A stretch of DNA of 64,000 nucleotides, taken from Clostridiales bacterium (GTDB lineage: Bacteria > Bacillota > Clostridia > TANB77 > CAG-508). The notes beneath the pieces are model-generated. The model searched no databases, was not told the origin of the DNA, and saw nothing but the letters and a program-made list of their open reading frames with translations. How positions within the stretch are numbered: position 1 is the first letter of the stretch; every line of letters begins with the position of its first letter. The translations under genes were made by a program, and so were the position numbers. Positions 28,954-39,537 of this stretch are shown here, piece by piece. The DNA lies in NCBI GenBank assembly GCA_019419955.1, contig JAHZIB010000001.1, positions 29,971-93,970 of the forward strand. The letters run 5' to 3'.

Positions 28954-29826
28954 TTATAAGAGGCCAAACAGGTCAACAGGCTTGCACAAGCCAATACGGT
29001 CGTAAATCGTACCATCAGGCAAAAGTGCAAAACCAGGCATATTGACCTTAGAAAAGTCAATGTTAATGCCAGTCTCCTTATAGCGATCAAACTTGTATGC
29101 CGTATGAGATGCGCTCCCATATTCAGCTACAATGTCCATCCCTGTTGTTCGTACTTGCAGTTCGAAAATTAAGCCATGCGGTTTCTTAAAAATTACATGC
29201 AAACTCTGATAACCATTGTCCTTAGGATTAACAACATAGTCCTTAACATTGTTCTCAAACACTGGATTAATTAATCTCTCCTTAGGAATTACAATCCATT
29301 CTTCTTTAAATTTCTCGGGATCGAATCCTGTATCAAACACAGGCTCTGCTTCAAGTGGAATGCATCTGCTCTTCGCTACAAAAAACTCAATAATAGAGTT
29401 CATCATCTCGTAACACAGTTTCACCGTAAATGGCGAATCTTTTTGCTCGGTACAAAGTATTACTCTGAAACCAAACACATCCAACAGTTTGTCAAGCGGA
29501 TATCTCGTCTGGAAAAATAGACGAATCTTCTTGTTAATTCCTACGAAATCTTTCTGTCTGCCTTTTAAGACAACGTCTACACCATAATGCTCTGCCCAGG
29601 TGTGCAGTTGCTGCCTAAGAATATGAAACTCATTTTTGAGTTCGCTCATCTTCTCAGGTGCCAGCATGTTGTGCAGTTCTTCCAACTTATTCGCATATAC
29701 CGCGTTATAAATAGAAGAGTCATCAGTTCGCAACGCCTCAATGTACCGCAACCAGACTTCCTCTGTGGAACTGCTTGCGTAAATTGACGGTTCTAGTGGT
29801 GTGAACCGCATTTCCGTACTCAACAT
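28954..29826 (-). CDS. RelA/SpoT nucleotidyltransferase-domain protein (small alarmone synthetase / toxSAS-like), horizontally acquired
   Basis: Synthetase motifs DVFGFRVIL, NGYQSLHVIF, ELQVRTTGMDIVAEYG-SASHTAYK. About 40% GC with CGG/GCG/CCG/CTG codons against about 27% GC flanks. AGGGAGG RBS. Confidence 0.85.
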   Translation of the reverse strand: MLSTEMRFTPLEPSIYASSSTEEVWLRYIEALRTDDSSIYNAVYANKLEELHNMLAPEKMSELKNEFHILRQQLHTWAEHYGVDVVLKGRQKDFVGINKKIRLFFQTRYPLDKLLDVFGFRVILCTEQKDSPFTVKLCYEMMNSIIEFFVAKSRCIPLEAEPVFDTGFDPEKFKEEWIVIPKERLINPVFENNVKDYVVNPKDNGYQSLHVIFKKPHGLIFELQVRTTGMDIVAEYGSASHTAYKFDRYKETGINIDFSKVNMPGFALLPDGTIYDRIGLCKPVDLFGLL

Positions 29827-29869
29827 TGATTAAACCTCCCTTGTTTTTTTCAACAGGTTGCATATGCTT

Positions 29870-29898
29870 ATTATACCATATTTATGTAACTTATTCAA
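29870..29898 (-). promoter_or_regulatory. Sigma-A-type promoter for the RelA/SpoT-domain gene
   Basis: On the minus strand: TTGAAT, 17-nt spacer, TGgTATAAT (extended -10), 35 nt upstream of the RBS. Confidence 0.55.
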
Positions 29899-29979
29899 GG
29901 CTTGTACAATATTTCGCTTAGTTGCAAGATAATGGTTTTATAATATACTTGTCCTGCAACATCTATTACTATATCTATT

Positions 29980-31911
29980 CTATTTTGCAAATGTCTCAAT
30001 TTCTTCAGCAATCTTTGCAATAAACTCGTCTATATCCATTGCACCAATATCTCCGTCTTTTCTTGAACGTACACCTACTGTACCCGCTTCTTTCTCCTTA
30101 TCACCTAGTACTAACATGTAAGGTATCTTCTGAAGCTGTGCCTCTCTTATCTTATATCCTATTTTTTCGTTTCTGTCATCTAGTTCTACTCTCACGCCTT
30201 TATTTTCCAACTTTTCTTTTACTTCTTTTGCATAATTTATATGAGAATCAGCTATTGGAAGAAGTTTAACCTGTACTGGTGAAAGCCACATTGGGAAAGC
30301 TCCTTTTGTTTCTTCTATTAAAAACGATATGAACCTATCAAAAGTACCAAGAATAGCTCTATGAATAACAATTGGTCTATGGGCTTTTCCATCTTCTCCT
30401 ATATATTCAAGCTCAAATCTTTGCGGTAATAAAAAGTCTAATTGACATGTTGAAATAGTTATATCATGACCAATCGCAGTTTTAATTTGTACATCTAGCT
30501 TAGGTCCATAGAAAGCCGCTTCTCCTTCTGCTTCATAAAAGTTTAAGTTCAACTCTTTTAATATTTGTCTTAGTTGGCTTTCAGCATTTTCCCACATTTC
30601 GTCATCGTCAAAATACTTTTCTTTATTGTTCTTATCTCTTAAAGATAATCTAAATGTATAATCTTCAAATCCGAAGTCTTTATAAACTGCAAGAATTAAG
30701 TTGACAACTTCTCCAAAAACCGGCTTTATTTGCTCAGGTGTAACAAATATATGTGCGTCATTTTGGCACATTTCTCTTACTCTCTCTAATCCACAAACGC
30801 TTCCACTTGCTTCATATCTAAAGTCATGTGCAAGTTCTCCAATTTTTATAGGCAAATCTCTATAAGAATGTAATGTATTTTTATATATCAGCATATGATG
30901 AGGACAATTCATTGGTCTTAATACCATTTCTTCTGTATCCATTTTCATTACAGGAAACATATCTTCTTTATAATGCTCCCAATGTCCGCTCGTTTTATAC
31001 AATGCGACATTAGCAAGTGATGGAGTATAAACATGTTTATATCCTAACTTTATTTCTTTATTCATAATATACTGTTCTAACAATCTTCTTACTGTCGCTC
31101 CATTTGGTAAATACATTGGAAGTCCTGCTCCTACTAGCTCATGTGTCATAAATAAATTTAATTGTTTACCTATTTTTCTGTGATCTCTTTGCTTTGCATC
31201 TTCTAATAATTGTATATATTCTTCAAGTTGACTTGCTTTCGGAAAAGCAATTCCATAAAATCTTTGAAGCATTTTGTTATGCTCGTCACCTCTCCAGTAA
31301 GCACCTGATGATGATAAAATTTTAACAACTTTTAACTTTCCTGTGCTCTTTAAATGAGGGCCAGCACATAAGTCTGTAAACTCCCCTTGTTTATAAAAAG
31401 ATATTTCTTCTCCATCTGGCAGCTCCTCTATCAACTCTACTTTATAATCTTCTCCTTGTGCTTTCATAAATTCAATAGCTTCATTTCTTGGCAGTGTATA
31501 CCTTTCAATTGGTAAGTCTTCCTTAATTATTTTTTTCATTTCTGTTTCTATTTTTTCAAAATCATCTGAAGATATATTTTCTTCAACATCAAAATCATAA
31601 TAAAATCCATTTTCTATCGCAGGACCTATTGCAAGTTTAATCTCTTTTCCATAAATCCTTTTTATGGCTTGTGCCATAACATGTGAACATGTATGCCAAT
31701 ATGCTTTTTTACCTTCCTCACTGTTTTCAAAAGTAAGTATCTCAACTTTAGCATCATTTTCTATATTATACCTTAAGTCTCTAACTTCGCCATTTATCTT
31801 TCCACATGTAGCATTTCTTGCCAATCCTTCACTTATCTCTTCTGCTAATTCTAGTACACTAATTCCCTTTCTAACTTCTTTTATAGAGCCATCTTTTAAT
31901 GTAATTTTCAT
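29980..31911 (-). CDS. thrS: Threonine--tRNA ligase
   Basis: 643 aa. TGS and editing domains, class II core (HRAILGS..FPMWLSP), anticodon-binding domain. Confidence 0.95.
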   Translation of the reverse strand: MKITLKDGSIKEVRKGISVLELAEEISEGLARNATCGKINGEVRDLRYNIENDAKVEILTFENSEEGKKAYWHTCSHVMAQAIKRIYGKEIKLAIGPAIENGFYYDFDVEENISSDDFEKIETEMKKIIKEDLPIERYTLPRNEAIEFMKAQGEDYKVELIEELPDGEEISFYKQGEFTDLCAGPHLKSTGKLKVVKILSSSGAYWRGDEHNKMLQRFYGIAFPKASQLEEYIQLLEDAKQRDHRKIGKQLNLFMTHELVGAGLPMYLPNGATVRRLLEQYIMNKEIKLGYKHVYTPSLANVALYKTSGHWEHYKEDMFPVMKMDTEEMVLRPMNCPHHMLIYKNTLHSYRDLPIKIGELAHDFRYEASGSVCGLERVREMCQNDAHIFVTPEQIKPVFGEVVNLILAVYKDFGFEDYTFRLSLRDKNNKEKYFDDDEMWENAESQLRQILKELNLNFYEAEGEAAFYGPKLDVQIKTAIGHDITISTCQLDFLLPQRFELEYIGEDGKAHRPIVIHRAILGTFDRFISFLIEETKGAFPMWLSPVQVKLLPIADSHINYAKEVKEKLENKGVRVELDDRNEKIGYKIREAQLQKIPYMLVLGDKEKEAGTVGVRSRKDGDIGAMDIDEFIAKIAEEIETFAK

Positions 31912-31994
31912 AAATATTCTCCTTCCTTTACTTTGTAGATTAGAACATTTTTTTAAATCCTTTATTAATTTTCATATCCTCAAAATTGGATTTT

Positions 31995-33314
31995 CTAATC
32001 TTCATATCCTGGTTTTCCCAGTAATTTAAACATATTTGCCTTATATTTCTCTACCCCTGGTTGGTTAAATGGATTAACACCTAATATAGAACCAGACATT
32101 CCACATGCAAGTTCAAAAAAATAAATCAATTGCCCTACATGATTTGCATCTAATTGCTCGACATTTATAACTATATTTGGTACATCTCCCTCTGTATGAG
32201 CAATTATTGTTCCCTCCATTGCCTTCTTATTAACAAAATCCAATGTTTTTCCTTCTAAATAATTCAAATTATCCAAATCATCTTCTTCATGTCTCATCTT
32301 AATATCATTTTTGCTTTTTTCTATATTTATTACTGTTTCAAACAAATTTCTTCTTCCCTCTTGTATGTATTGTCCTAGAGAATGTAAATCAGTAGTAAAT
32401 TCAGCTCCTGAAGGATAAATTCCTTTTAGTTCTTTTCCTTCACTTTCTCCAAATAATTGCTTCCACCATTCAATGAAATAATGCAATTTAGGATTATATG
32501 TTACTAATAATTCTATATTTTTTTCCTTCTCATAAAGTACATTTCTTATGACTGCATACTTATAGCATTCATTATATTTTAAATTACTATCGTCATACCT
32601 ATCTTGTGCAATTCTAGCACCTTCCATTAATTCGTCAATGTCTATGCCTGCAACTGCTATAGGAAGTAAGCCAACCGCTGTCAATACTGAATATCTGCCT
32701 CCTATATTATCAGGAATAACAAACGTAGTATATTTTTCCTTATCTGCTAACTGTTTTAGCGCCCCTTTCTTTTCATCTGTAGTAACATAAATTCTACCCC
32801 TTGCCTCCTTCAAACTATATTTATTTTCCATTATTTCTCTAAAAATCCTAAATGCTATCGCAGGTTCAGTAGTTGTTCCAGATTTAGAAATAACATTAAT
32901 AGATATATCTTTATCAGCTATATACTCAATAAGTTCATTAATATAATCTGTGCTCAAATTATTTCCGACATATATTATTTGAGGTGTTTTTCTATGAGCT
33001 TTATCTTGCATATTGTAGAAACTACTTGTTAGTGACTCTATAACAGCTCTTGCTCCTAAATAAGAACCACCGATACCTATAACTAATAATACATCAGTAT
33101 CAGATTGTATCTTTGTTGCAGCTCTTTTAATTTCTATGAATTCTACTTTATTATATAATGTTGGCAAGTTTATCCAACCACAAAACTCATTTTGAACATT
33201 TGCTTTTTCATGAAGCTTTGCATGAAATTCTGATACCTGATTAGCATACTTCATAACACTCTTTTCAAAAACCCTTACGTTAGTAAAATCTATTTTAATT
33301 CCCATATCATTCAC
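31995..33314 (-). CDS. pgi: Glucose-6-phosphate isomerase
   Basis: 439 aa, PGI family motifs ([31 protein letters not shown]). Confidence 0.9.
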   Translation of the reverse strand: MNDMGIKIDFTNVRVFEKSVMKYANQVSEFHAKLHEKANVQNEFCGWINLPTLYNKVEFIEIKRAATKIQSDTDVLLVIGIGGSYLGARAVIESLTSSFYNMQDKAHRKTPQIIYVGNNLSTDYINELIEYIADKDISINVISKSGTTTEPAIAFRIFREIMENKYSLKEARGRIYVTTDEKKGALKQLADKEKYTTFVIPDNIGGRYSVLTAVGLLPIAVAGIDIDELMEGARIAQDRYDDSNLKYNECYKYAVIRNVLYEKEKNIELLVTYNPKLHYFIEWWKQLFGESEGKELKGIYPSGAEFTTDLHSLGQYIQEGRRNLFETVINIEKSKNDIKMRHEEDDLDNLNYLEGKTLDFVNKKAMEGTIIAHTEGDVPNIVINVEQLDANHVGQLIYFFELACGMSGSILGVNPFNQPGVEKYKANMFKLLGKPGYED

Positions 33315-33422
33315 ATTCCTTTCCTAAGGTTCATTGAGGGCAATATTATTTGCAACTAAACCTTATCTATCTTTTGTATATTCCTTTTAATATAATATTA
33401 TACAAATTAATCTCAATAAATT

Positions 33423-34697
33423 CTATTTTATTATTTCTTTTAAATCGAATTGCCCATCCTTTGGAGTATCTAAAAACAAGCATACATATTTATCTCCTGC
33501 ATCAAACACTCCGTCGATTACAACCCCTTCAGCTCCCGCTTCAGTACTATATGGACGTTCTGCATAATAAAAAGTTTGATTTGAAATTTCAATTTCTTTT
33601 ATTTCCAATGTATCTTCCTGCAAAGCTGCCTTCAAATATTCTTCCGGAGTATAACTCTCTTTATAATTAGATTTACTGTCATTAAACACCATTATAAGCT
33701 TTTGAAAATCTGTACTTGTAGCAAACATATCATATGCATTATCATACCCCTCTCCAAACGCTCTTACTATTTGTTCATCATTTAGTATAACCATATCTTC
33801 AGGTAGCTCTAACTTTAGATTACCAATTCCAAGTGCATACTCTCCACCTGGTTCATTGTTTGCAATTTCTTGCAATAATTGGTTTGCCTCGTCATTTGCA
33901 GTATTTTGCTCCATAAACACTATTATAAATGCTAAAACAACAGCTATTGCAAGTACAATTAGAAAAGTTCGCAAATTTGCTATACCATACCTATACCATA
34001 TACTTCTTTCAGCCTTTTCTTCAAAATAATATTGATTTGATTTCTTTTTTATAATCTCCTGTATTTTTAAGTAATCAAATAATCTCTTTGCTTTTTCTTC
34101 TCCAAAAGCTTGTACTAAATCTACCATTACTGATTCTTTTGTTATCGCATTTCTTCTTGTTGTCGCGTTTTTTTCTTTAAAGATATTTTTTACTTTTTCA
34201 ATATCTTCTTTAGAAAATTGTTCAGTACTTATCTCTCTAGACAAAATTTTTATATCTTTTTCCTCAACTCCACTCTTTAACTGTTTATTTAAATTGTATA
34301 TAATTACTCCAATAACCACAGCTCCAAACAATAGTGAGATTAAATAATCAGTCATAAGTGAACCCAAAAACTCGCTACTACTGTAAATTGCTTGTATCAT
34401 CTCCCACGATACCTGTCCTAATTCATTTGCCAAATAGCAAACTGGTATTATTAAAAACATTGTTATAGTTATTGCAATAAATGATGTTATTGATAATATA
34501 ATTGGCAATTTCTTATCTATTTTTGCTTTTGTGAACTTATACCCATAAAAACTACATACAACTATTATAATCGCTAGTAATGAATACATTAAATCAGCAA
34601 AAACATATAATAATACCCAAGGTATAGCTCCAATCAAAGCTCCAATTAATGCTCCAAATATTCCTAAAAGATATTTTTTACTAATTTTTTCTTCCAT
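33423..34697 (-). CDS. Hypothetical membrane protein (five TM helices plus a roughly 170-aa C-terminal soluble domain)
   Basis: ORF and hydropathy only. Confidence 0.6.
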   Translation of the reverse strand: MEEKISKKYLLGIFGALIGALIGAIPWVLLYVFADLMYSLLAIIIVVCSFYGYKFTKAKIDKKLPIILSITSFIAITITMFLIIPVCYLANELGQVSWEMIQAIYSSSEFLGSLMTDYLISLLFGAVVIGVIIYNLNKQLKSGVEEKDIKILSREISTEQFSKEDIEKVKNIFKEKNATTRRNAITKESVMVDLVQAFGEEKAKRLFDYLKIQEIIKKKSNQYYFEEKAERSIWYRYGIANLRTFLIVLAIAVVLAFIIVFMEQNTANDEANQLLQEIANNEPGGEYALGIGNLKLELPEDMVILNDEQIVRAFGEGYDNAYDMFATSTDFQKLIMVFNDSKSNYKESYTPEEYLKAALQEDTLEIKEIEISNQTFYYAERPYSTEAGAEGVVIDGVFDAGDKYVCLFLDTPKDGQFDLKEIIK

Positions 34698-34763
34698 TAT
34701 TTTTACCTTCCTAACCCGAACAAATTTATGCTCTTAATAAAATTTATATAATAATCTTTTGAA

Positions 34764-36416
34764 CTATACAATCTTTCTTGCTAATTCATACTGTTTATTC
34801 TTCATATATTTTAGTAAAACTAATGTTGCAACAAGATATAAAACTCCAATTACAGTTATAGTCAAATATATTGGCCATTTTTCCATTAAAGAAATTATTG
34901 CTAAAACCAGTCCAATATTAATAAACGCAAATATCATTGGAAATATTAAATTCATATTTTGTTTTACTACTGCATATTCCGAACTCCATTTTAACTTTGG
35001 TCTCTTTAAATCCACAAGGATTAGTAGAAAACTTTGGAATACAGCAATAATTGTAGAAATAATAAACAACATTACCAAATCAAATATTGATATATCTATA
35101 ATGTACTTGGCAATTCCTAGTGTTAATACAATCATCACTAAATTCATTATAATATTTGGTATTGTTTTATAAACATATTGCTTATATAATGAAACTGGTA
35201 TATATTTCATATATACTGCATTTGCTCCTTCTCTAGAAATTGCTGTTGCTGAAACATATATTATCATCGAAAAGAATTGGATTCCTGCAAGTATTATAAA
35301 ATACATCATTGGTTTATCCGATTCACCTATAGTTGCAGCACTTCTTATTTCCTGCAACTCTTCGCCATTAAGACCAATAAACACTAATGCTAACATTAAT
35401 ATTGGAAATAGTACTGCTGGTAAAATACATTGTACTAGATACACCGGATTTCTAAATAATATTTTAAACTCTTTTGAGACATAGCTTTTACCTATTGTGG
35501 TTTTTTTACTGTTTAGATTTACTTTCTTATTGCTTCTTTTTGACCCACTATATAAATTTCCTATTAACCCTTTGAAATATAATTTTCTTGCTAATAATAT
35601 ATATACAATATAGGCTATTGCTGTAAATCCAATGAGCTTTAAAAATTGAATTAATGATGTAATAATCGAACTACTTAATATTGTATCAATTGCATATTCT
35701 AATGTAGGAAAAAATCCTTTGATTACATTTACCATACTATTAGTCTGTGTAAGCATTTGTGTCATCTGTTCATCCGTAATTGTATCTCCTTCTATTTTTG
35801 TTATAAATATAGAAAAAGCAATTACTAATGCAATTACAATTATAGTAGCAAAAAGTTGAAATCTATTTCTGTTCTTAGTTATTTTCGAAAAACTCATTAT
35901 AATCATTACAAGTAATGAAACGAGTACAATTGGAAGAATTGGTAATATAAGCAATGTTAACACAACTGAAATATAATACCACACACCACAATTAAGCATT
36001 ATTCCATAAATAACAAGAGGAATTAACCCAATAATAATATTTACAATGTATCCAACTAAAATAATAACATTTGTTCTTGCTAAAATAATTTGATGTGGTT
36101 TTAGTGGTAGTGGTAAAATTGCCTCTGTATCCTTAGTAAAATATAAAAGATTTATACTAGAAAATATTGTTTGTATTAATGTTACTCCAGTTACTAACAC
36201 AAGTATAATTCCTATAAAAGTAGTCTCTTGATTGATTGATTTGAAGTTATCAATCAACCCATAACTAAGAAGTGCAACAACTGCTAGTAGGTATAAAATT
36301 AATATTCCATATAAAGTTAGTTTTGTTTTAAACCCTTTTTTGTTGGCTAAATCATATTGGTCACCCATCTTTTGAATCGAGCTTTTTAAAAATATTTTTG
36401 TCAATAGAAGTGTCAT
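34764..36416 (-). CDS. ABC transporter permease (large, at least 12 TM)
   Basis: Polytopic, immediately downstream of the ABC ATPase. Confidence 0.7.
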   Translation of the reverse strand: MTLLLTKIFLKSSIQKMGDQYDLANKKGFKTKLTLYGILILYLLAVVALLSYGLIDNFKSINQETTFIGIILVLVTGVTLIQTIFSSINLLYFTKDTEAILPLPLKPHQIILARTNVIILVGYIVNIIIGLIPLVIYGIMLNCGVWYYISVVLTLLILPILPIVLVSLLVMIIMSFSKITKNRNRFQLFATIIVIALVIAFSIFITKIEGDTITDEQMTQMLTQTNSMVNVIKGFFPTLEYAIDTILSSSIITSLIQFLKLIGFTAIAYIVYILLARKLYFKGLIGNLYSGSKRSNKKVNLNSKKTTIGKSYVSKEFKILFRNPVYLVQCILPAVLFPILMLALVFIGLNGEELQEIRSAATIGESDKPMMYFIILAGIQFFSMIIYVSATAISREGANAVYMKYIPVSLYKQYVYKTIPNIIMNLVMIVLTLGIAKYIIDISIFDLVMLFIISTIIAVFQSFLLILVDLKRPKLKWSSEYAVVKQNMNLIFPMIFAFINIGLVLAIISLMEKWPIYLTITVIGVLYLVATLVLLKYMKNKQYELARKIV

Positions 36417-36440
36417 AGTAAAACTCCTTTCTTATCTGTA

Positions 36441-37169
36441 CTAAACATCTTGTTCGGTAATCTCTAAAAATAGCTCTTCTAATGAAGTCTGTTCTTTAAA
36501 CTTCTTCTTCATTTCTTCAAATGTACCAACAAAAACCACTTTTCCCTTATTTATAATACCTACTCTATCACACAACTTTTCTGCAACCTCTAAAATGTGA
36601 GTCGAAAAGAAAACAGTATTTCCATTTCTAGTATGTTCCCTCATCATTTCCTTCAAATCAAAAGAAGCCTTTGGGTCAAGCCCTGTCATTGGCTCATCCA
36701 ATATCCAATTCTTTGGATTAGACAAAAGCACTCCACAAATGACAATCTTTTGTCTCATACCATGAGAATAACTCTCAATATTATTATTAAGCTCATCAAA
36801 AATCTCAAACTTTTTTGTAAGACTCTCTATTCTACTATTTTTTTCCTGCTCAGGCACATTATATACTTTAGCCAAAAAGTTTAAATATTCTATTCCCTTT
36901 AATTTAAGGAACATATCTGGACTATCTGGGACAAACCCAAAATTCTTTTTAGCCTCTATAGGCTCTTTTTTTATGCTATGTCCATCTATTAGAATATCTC
37001 CCTCATCTGGTTCTAAAATACCAGTAATCATTCGAATTGTTGTAGTTTTTCCTGCACCATTTGGACCTAAAAACCCGAAAATCTCACCATCTTTTATATC
37101 CAAATTTAATGAATCAACTGATTTCTTATCTTTAACGTATGACTTTGAAACATTTTTTATTTCAATCAT
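36441..37169 (-). CDS. ABC transporter ATP-binding protein
   Basis: Walker A GPNGAGKTT, signature YSHGMRQK, Walker B ILDEP. Confidence 0.9.
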   Translation of the reverse strand: MIEIKNVSKSYVKDKKSVDSLNLDIKDGEIFGFLGPNGAGKTTTIRMITGILEPDEGDILIDGHSIKKEPIEAKKNFGFVPDSPDMFLKLKGIEYLNFLAKVYNVPEQEKNSRIESLTKKFEIFDELNNNIESYSHGMRQKIVICGVLLSNPKNWILDEPMTGLDPKASFDLKEMMREHTRNGNTVFFSTHILEVAEKLCDRVGIINKGKVVFVGTFEEMKKKFKEQTSLEELFLEITEQDV

Positions 37170-37215
37170 TATATTCCCTCCATACTATGTTTTCTGCTCT
37201 ATATCATAATATAAT

Positions 37216-37527
37216 CTATTTAAGCATTTTTGTAATTTCGCTTTTATCCTGAACGCCAATAGTTCTGCCTACTTCTTTGCCATTCTTTAATACAATAAAA
37301 GTTGGAATGCTCATTACATTATACTTAACAGCCAAATTTTTTTCCTCATCTATATTTATTTTATAAACTTTTACTGTTTCTCCCATTTCTTCTGCTATCT
37401 CATCAATCACAGGAGACATCATTCTACAAGGTCCACACCAACTCGCCCAGAAATCTACTAAAACAGGTTTTTCAGATTTTAGAACCTCCTCCTCAAAATT
37501 TTTTTCGTTTAAACTCAAAACTGACAT
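37216..37527 (-). CDS. trxA: Thioredoxin
   Basis: WASWCGPCRM active site. 103 aa. Confidence 0.95.
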   Translation of the reverse strand: MSVLSLNEKNFEEEVLKSEKPVLVDFWASWCGPCRMMSPVIDEIAEEMGETVKVYKINIDEEKNLAVKYNVMSIPTFIVLKNGKEVGRTIGVQDKSEITKMLK

Positions 37528-37558
37528 AATTAATTCCTCCTTTTTAATTTTTTATTCT

Positions 37559-38413
37559 TTATTTATTTGAAATAATACTAACGGCTGCTTTTGCACCTTC
37601 ATACACAGCTTTGTTAACCTGTAGCAATCCTCCAGTACAATCTCCACATGCGTACAATCCTTTTACTGTAGTTTCCATGTATTCATTTACAACAATATTA
37701 TTATTTTTTACAAGAGCTCCAATTTTCCTTGCAAGGTCTGTACTGGTAGCTGTTCCTATTGCAATAAATACGCCATCAATCTTCTTGCTTTTATTATTAT
37801 TAAATTCAACTTCTTTTATACTATTATCCCCTCGAAATTCTTTAATCTTTTCTTCCTCAATATCAAAATTTGCAGAATCTCTATTCTCTACTATTTTGTT
37901 TCCATTTGTCAAAATAGTAACAGAATTTGCAACATTCTTTAATTGATTTGCTTCATGTATAGCATAATTTCCATCTCCAACCACTGCAACATCTTTATCT
38001 TTGTAGAAAAAAGCATCGCACATTGCACAATAACTCACACCTCTTCCTTCAAAATCTTTTAGTCCTTTGATATTAGGTGTAACTCTATTCGTCCCTGTTG
38101 CAATAATCACACTTCTTGCATCAAACTCATTATTTACTGTAGTTATTGTAAAATGTTGTTCAAGCGAAATATTAGTTACCTCATCATTTTCAATAGGAAT
38201 CTCCAACTTTTTCATCTGTTTAATTCCTGTATTATATAGCTCATCCCCTGTTATACTCTCAATCCCATAATAGTTCTCTATTCTATCTGCCTTTTTCAAT
38301 GCTCCATTGCCTCTAGATATTACTAAAATCTCTTTTTTGGCTCTTTTCAAATATAATGCAGCAGACACTCCCGCAGGACCACTTCCCACTATTACAACAT
38401 CATACATAATCAT
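37559..38413 (-). CDS. trxB: Thioredoxin-disulfide reductase (short form)
   Basis: FAD GSGPAG, redox CAMCD, NADPH GDGNYA. 284 aa. Confidence 0.85.
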   Translation of the reverse strand: MIMYDVVIVGSGPAGVSAALYLKRAKKEILVISRGNGALKKADRIENYYGIESITGDELYNTGIKQMKKLEIPIENDEVTNISLEQHFTITTVNNEFDARSVIIATGTNRVTPNIKGLKDFEGRGVSYCAMCDAFFYKDKDVAVVGDGNYAIHEANQLKNVANSVTILTNGNKIVENRDSANFDIEEEKIKEFRGDNSIKEVEFNNNKSKKIDGVFIAIGTATSTDLARKIGALVKNNNIVVNEYMETTVKGLYACGDCTGGLLQVNKAVYEGAKAAVSIISNK

Positions 38414-38499
38414 TCCTCCATAGTTGTTTTCTTTAAAATGAATAAATATTTATAAAATATCGCTATAAATGCTCAATCACGATACTTTTAATAGCCTTT

Positions 38500-39399
38500 T
38501 CACATTAAATCATACATATTTTTAAAAGCATAGCCCTTTTCTTTTAGATAAATAATAACATCTTCTAATGACTCGTATGTTATATACTTATCAGCCGCAT
38601 CATGCATTAGCACCACAACATTATTCCAGCCATTCATCGTATCCTTCAAGTTCTTTAAAATCTTTTTTTTGGTATTAGCGCCCTCTGCATCATAAGTAAG
38701 GGCACTCCAATCTAAATAAGCAATTCCCTGTTTTTTTAATTGCTTTCTGGCCTTTTTCTTTACTTTTTCATATGGTCCTCCATAAGAACCTCCTGGAAAC
38801 CTAAATAAATTGCTAGAATAATCTGCATCTCCTATTGCATCTCTTATTGCATTCTCTGTTTTATTATATTCATCTAAAACATTATTAGCACTTTTGTATA
38901 TACTACTATATTTATGCGAATAACTATGGTTAGCTATGTAATGACCTTCTTGATAAGCTCTTTTTACTATATCTGGATTCTCTTTAACCCTACTCCCAAG
39001 TACAAAAAACGTCGCCTTAATATTATATTTCTTTAAAATGTCTAAAACTTTTGGTGTAACTTCTTTAGTAGGTCCATCATCAAAAGTCAAAAAAACCCTT
39101 TTTCCTTCTTCTCCATTATATATATTATCTATAGCATTTACAAATTTCTGTTTCTCAGCAGCAGCCTTTTCCTCCTCCTGAATATTTGTTGATGTTACCA
39201 CAGTATCATTTTCCACTTCAGAGTTAGTATTAATCACATTGGTGCTTGCCAATAGAGTATTATCCTCATTTACCTTATTAAACACAATAACTCCTATAGA
39301 CATCGCTATTCCCACAATGGCTAGTATTATGATTGTAATTACAATTTTTAAATCTTTTTTCTTCCTCATTCCTACTATCTGAATTTCGTTATAGTTCAT
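38500..39399 (-). CDS. Polysaccharide deacetylase (NodB-homology; peptidoglycan GlcNAc deacetylase-like), membrane-anchored
   Basis: FLTFDDGP...HSYSH motifs. N-terminal TM segment. Confidence 0.85.
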   Translation of the reverse strand: MNYNEIQIVGMRKKKDLKIVITIIILAIVGIAMSIGVIVFNKVNEDNTLLASTNVINTNSEVENDTVVTSTNIQEEEKAAAEKQKFVNAIDNIYNGEEGKRVFLTFDDGPTKEVTPKVLDILKKYNIKATFFVLGSRVKENPDIVKRAYQEGHYIANHSYSHKYSSIYKSANNVLDEYNKTENAIRDAIGDADYSSNLFRFPGGSYGGPYEKVKKKARKQLKKQGIAYLDWSALTYDAEGANTKKKILKNLKDTMNGWNNVVVLMHDAADKYITYESLEDVIIYLKEKGYAFKNMYDLM

Positions 39400-39537
39400 C
39401 TCTTGCCTCTCTAATTTAATTATGCAAATACATTATATAATATTTTTTTGATTTTTACTAGACTAAATTACATATTTTTTTATATTATGTTACTATATAA
39501 TGGTTTAATATTCTTTTATATCAGATATAGAGGCATA

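Noticed and set aside
28887-29120. 77-aa ORF overlapping the 3' end of the SAS-like gene, considered as a possible antitoxin
   Set aside because: It is out-of-frame on the same strand and entirely inside the SAS coding sequence, with no RBS. It is not a separate cognate antitoxin gene.
31912-31994. Expected T-box leader upstream of thrS
   Set aside because: Only 83 bp separate the pgi stop from the thrS start. That is too short for a T-box (about 250 nt), and no specifier-loop or T-box sequence is present.
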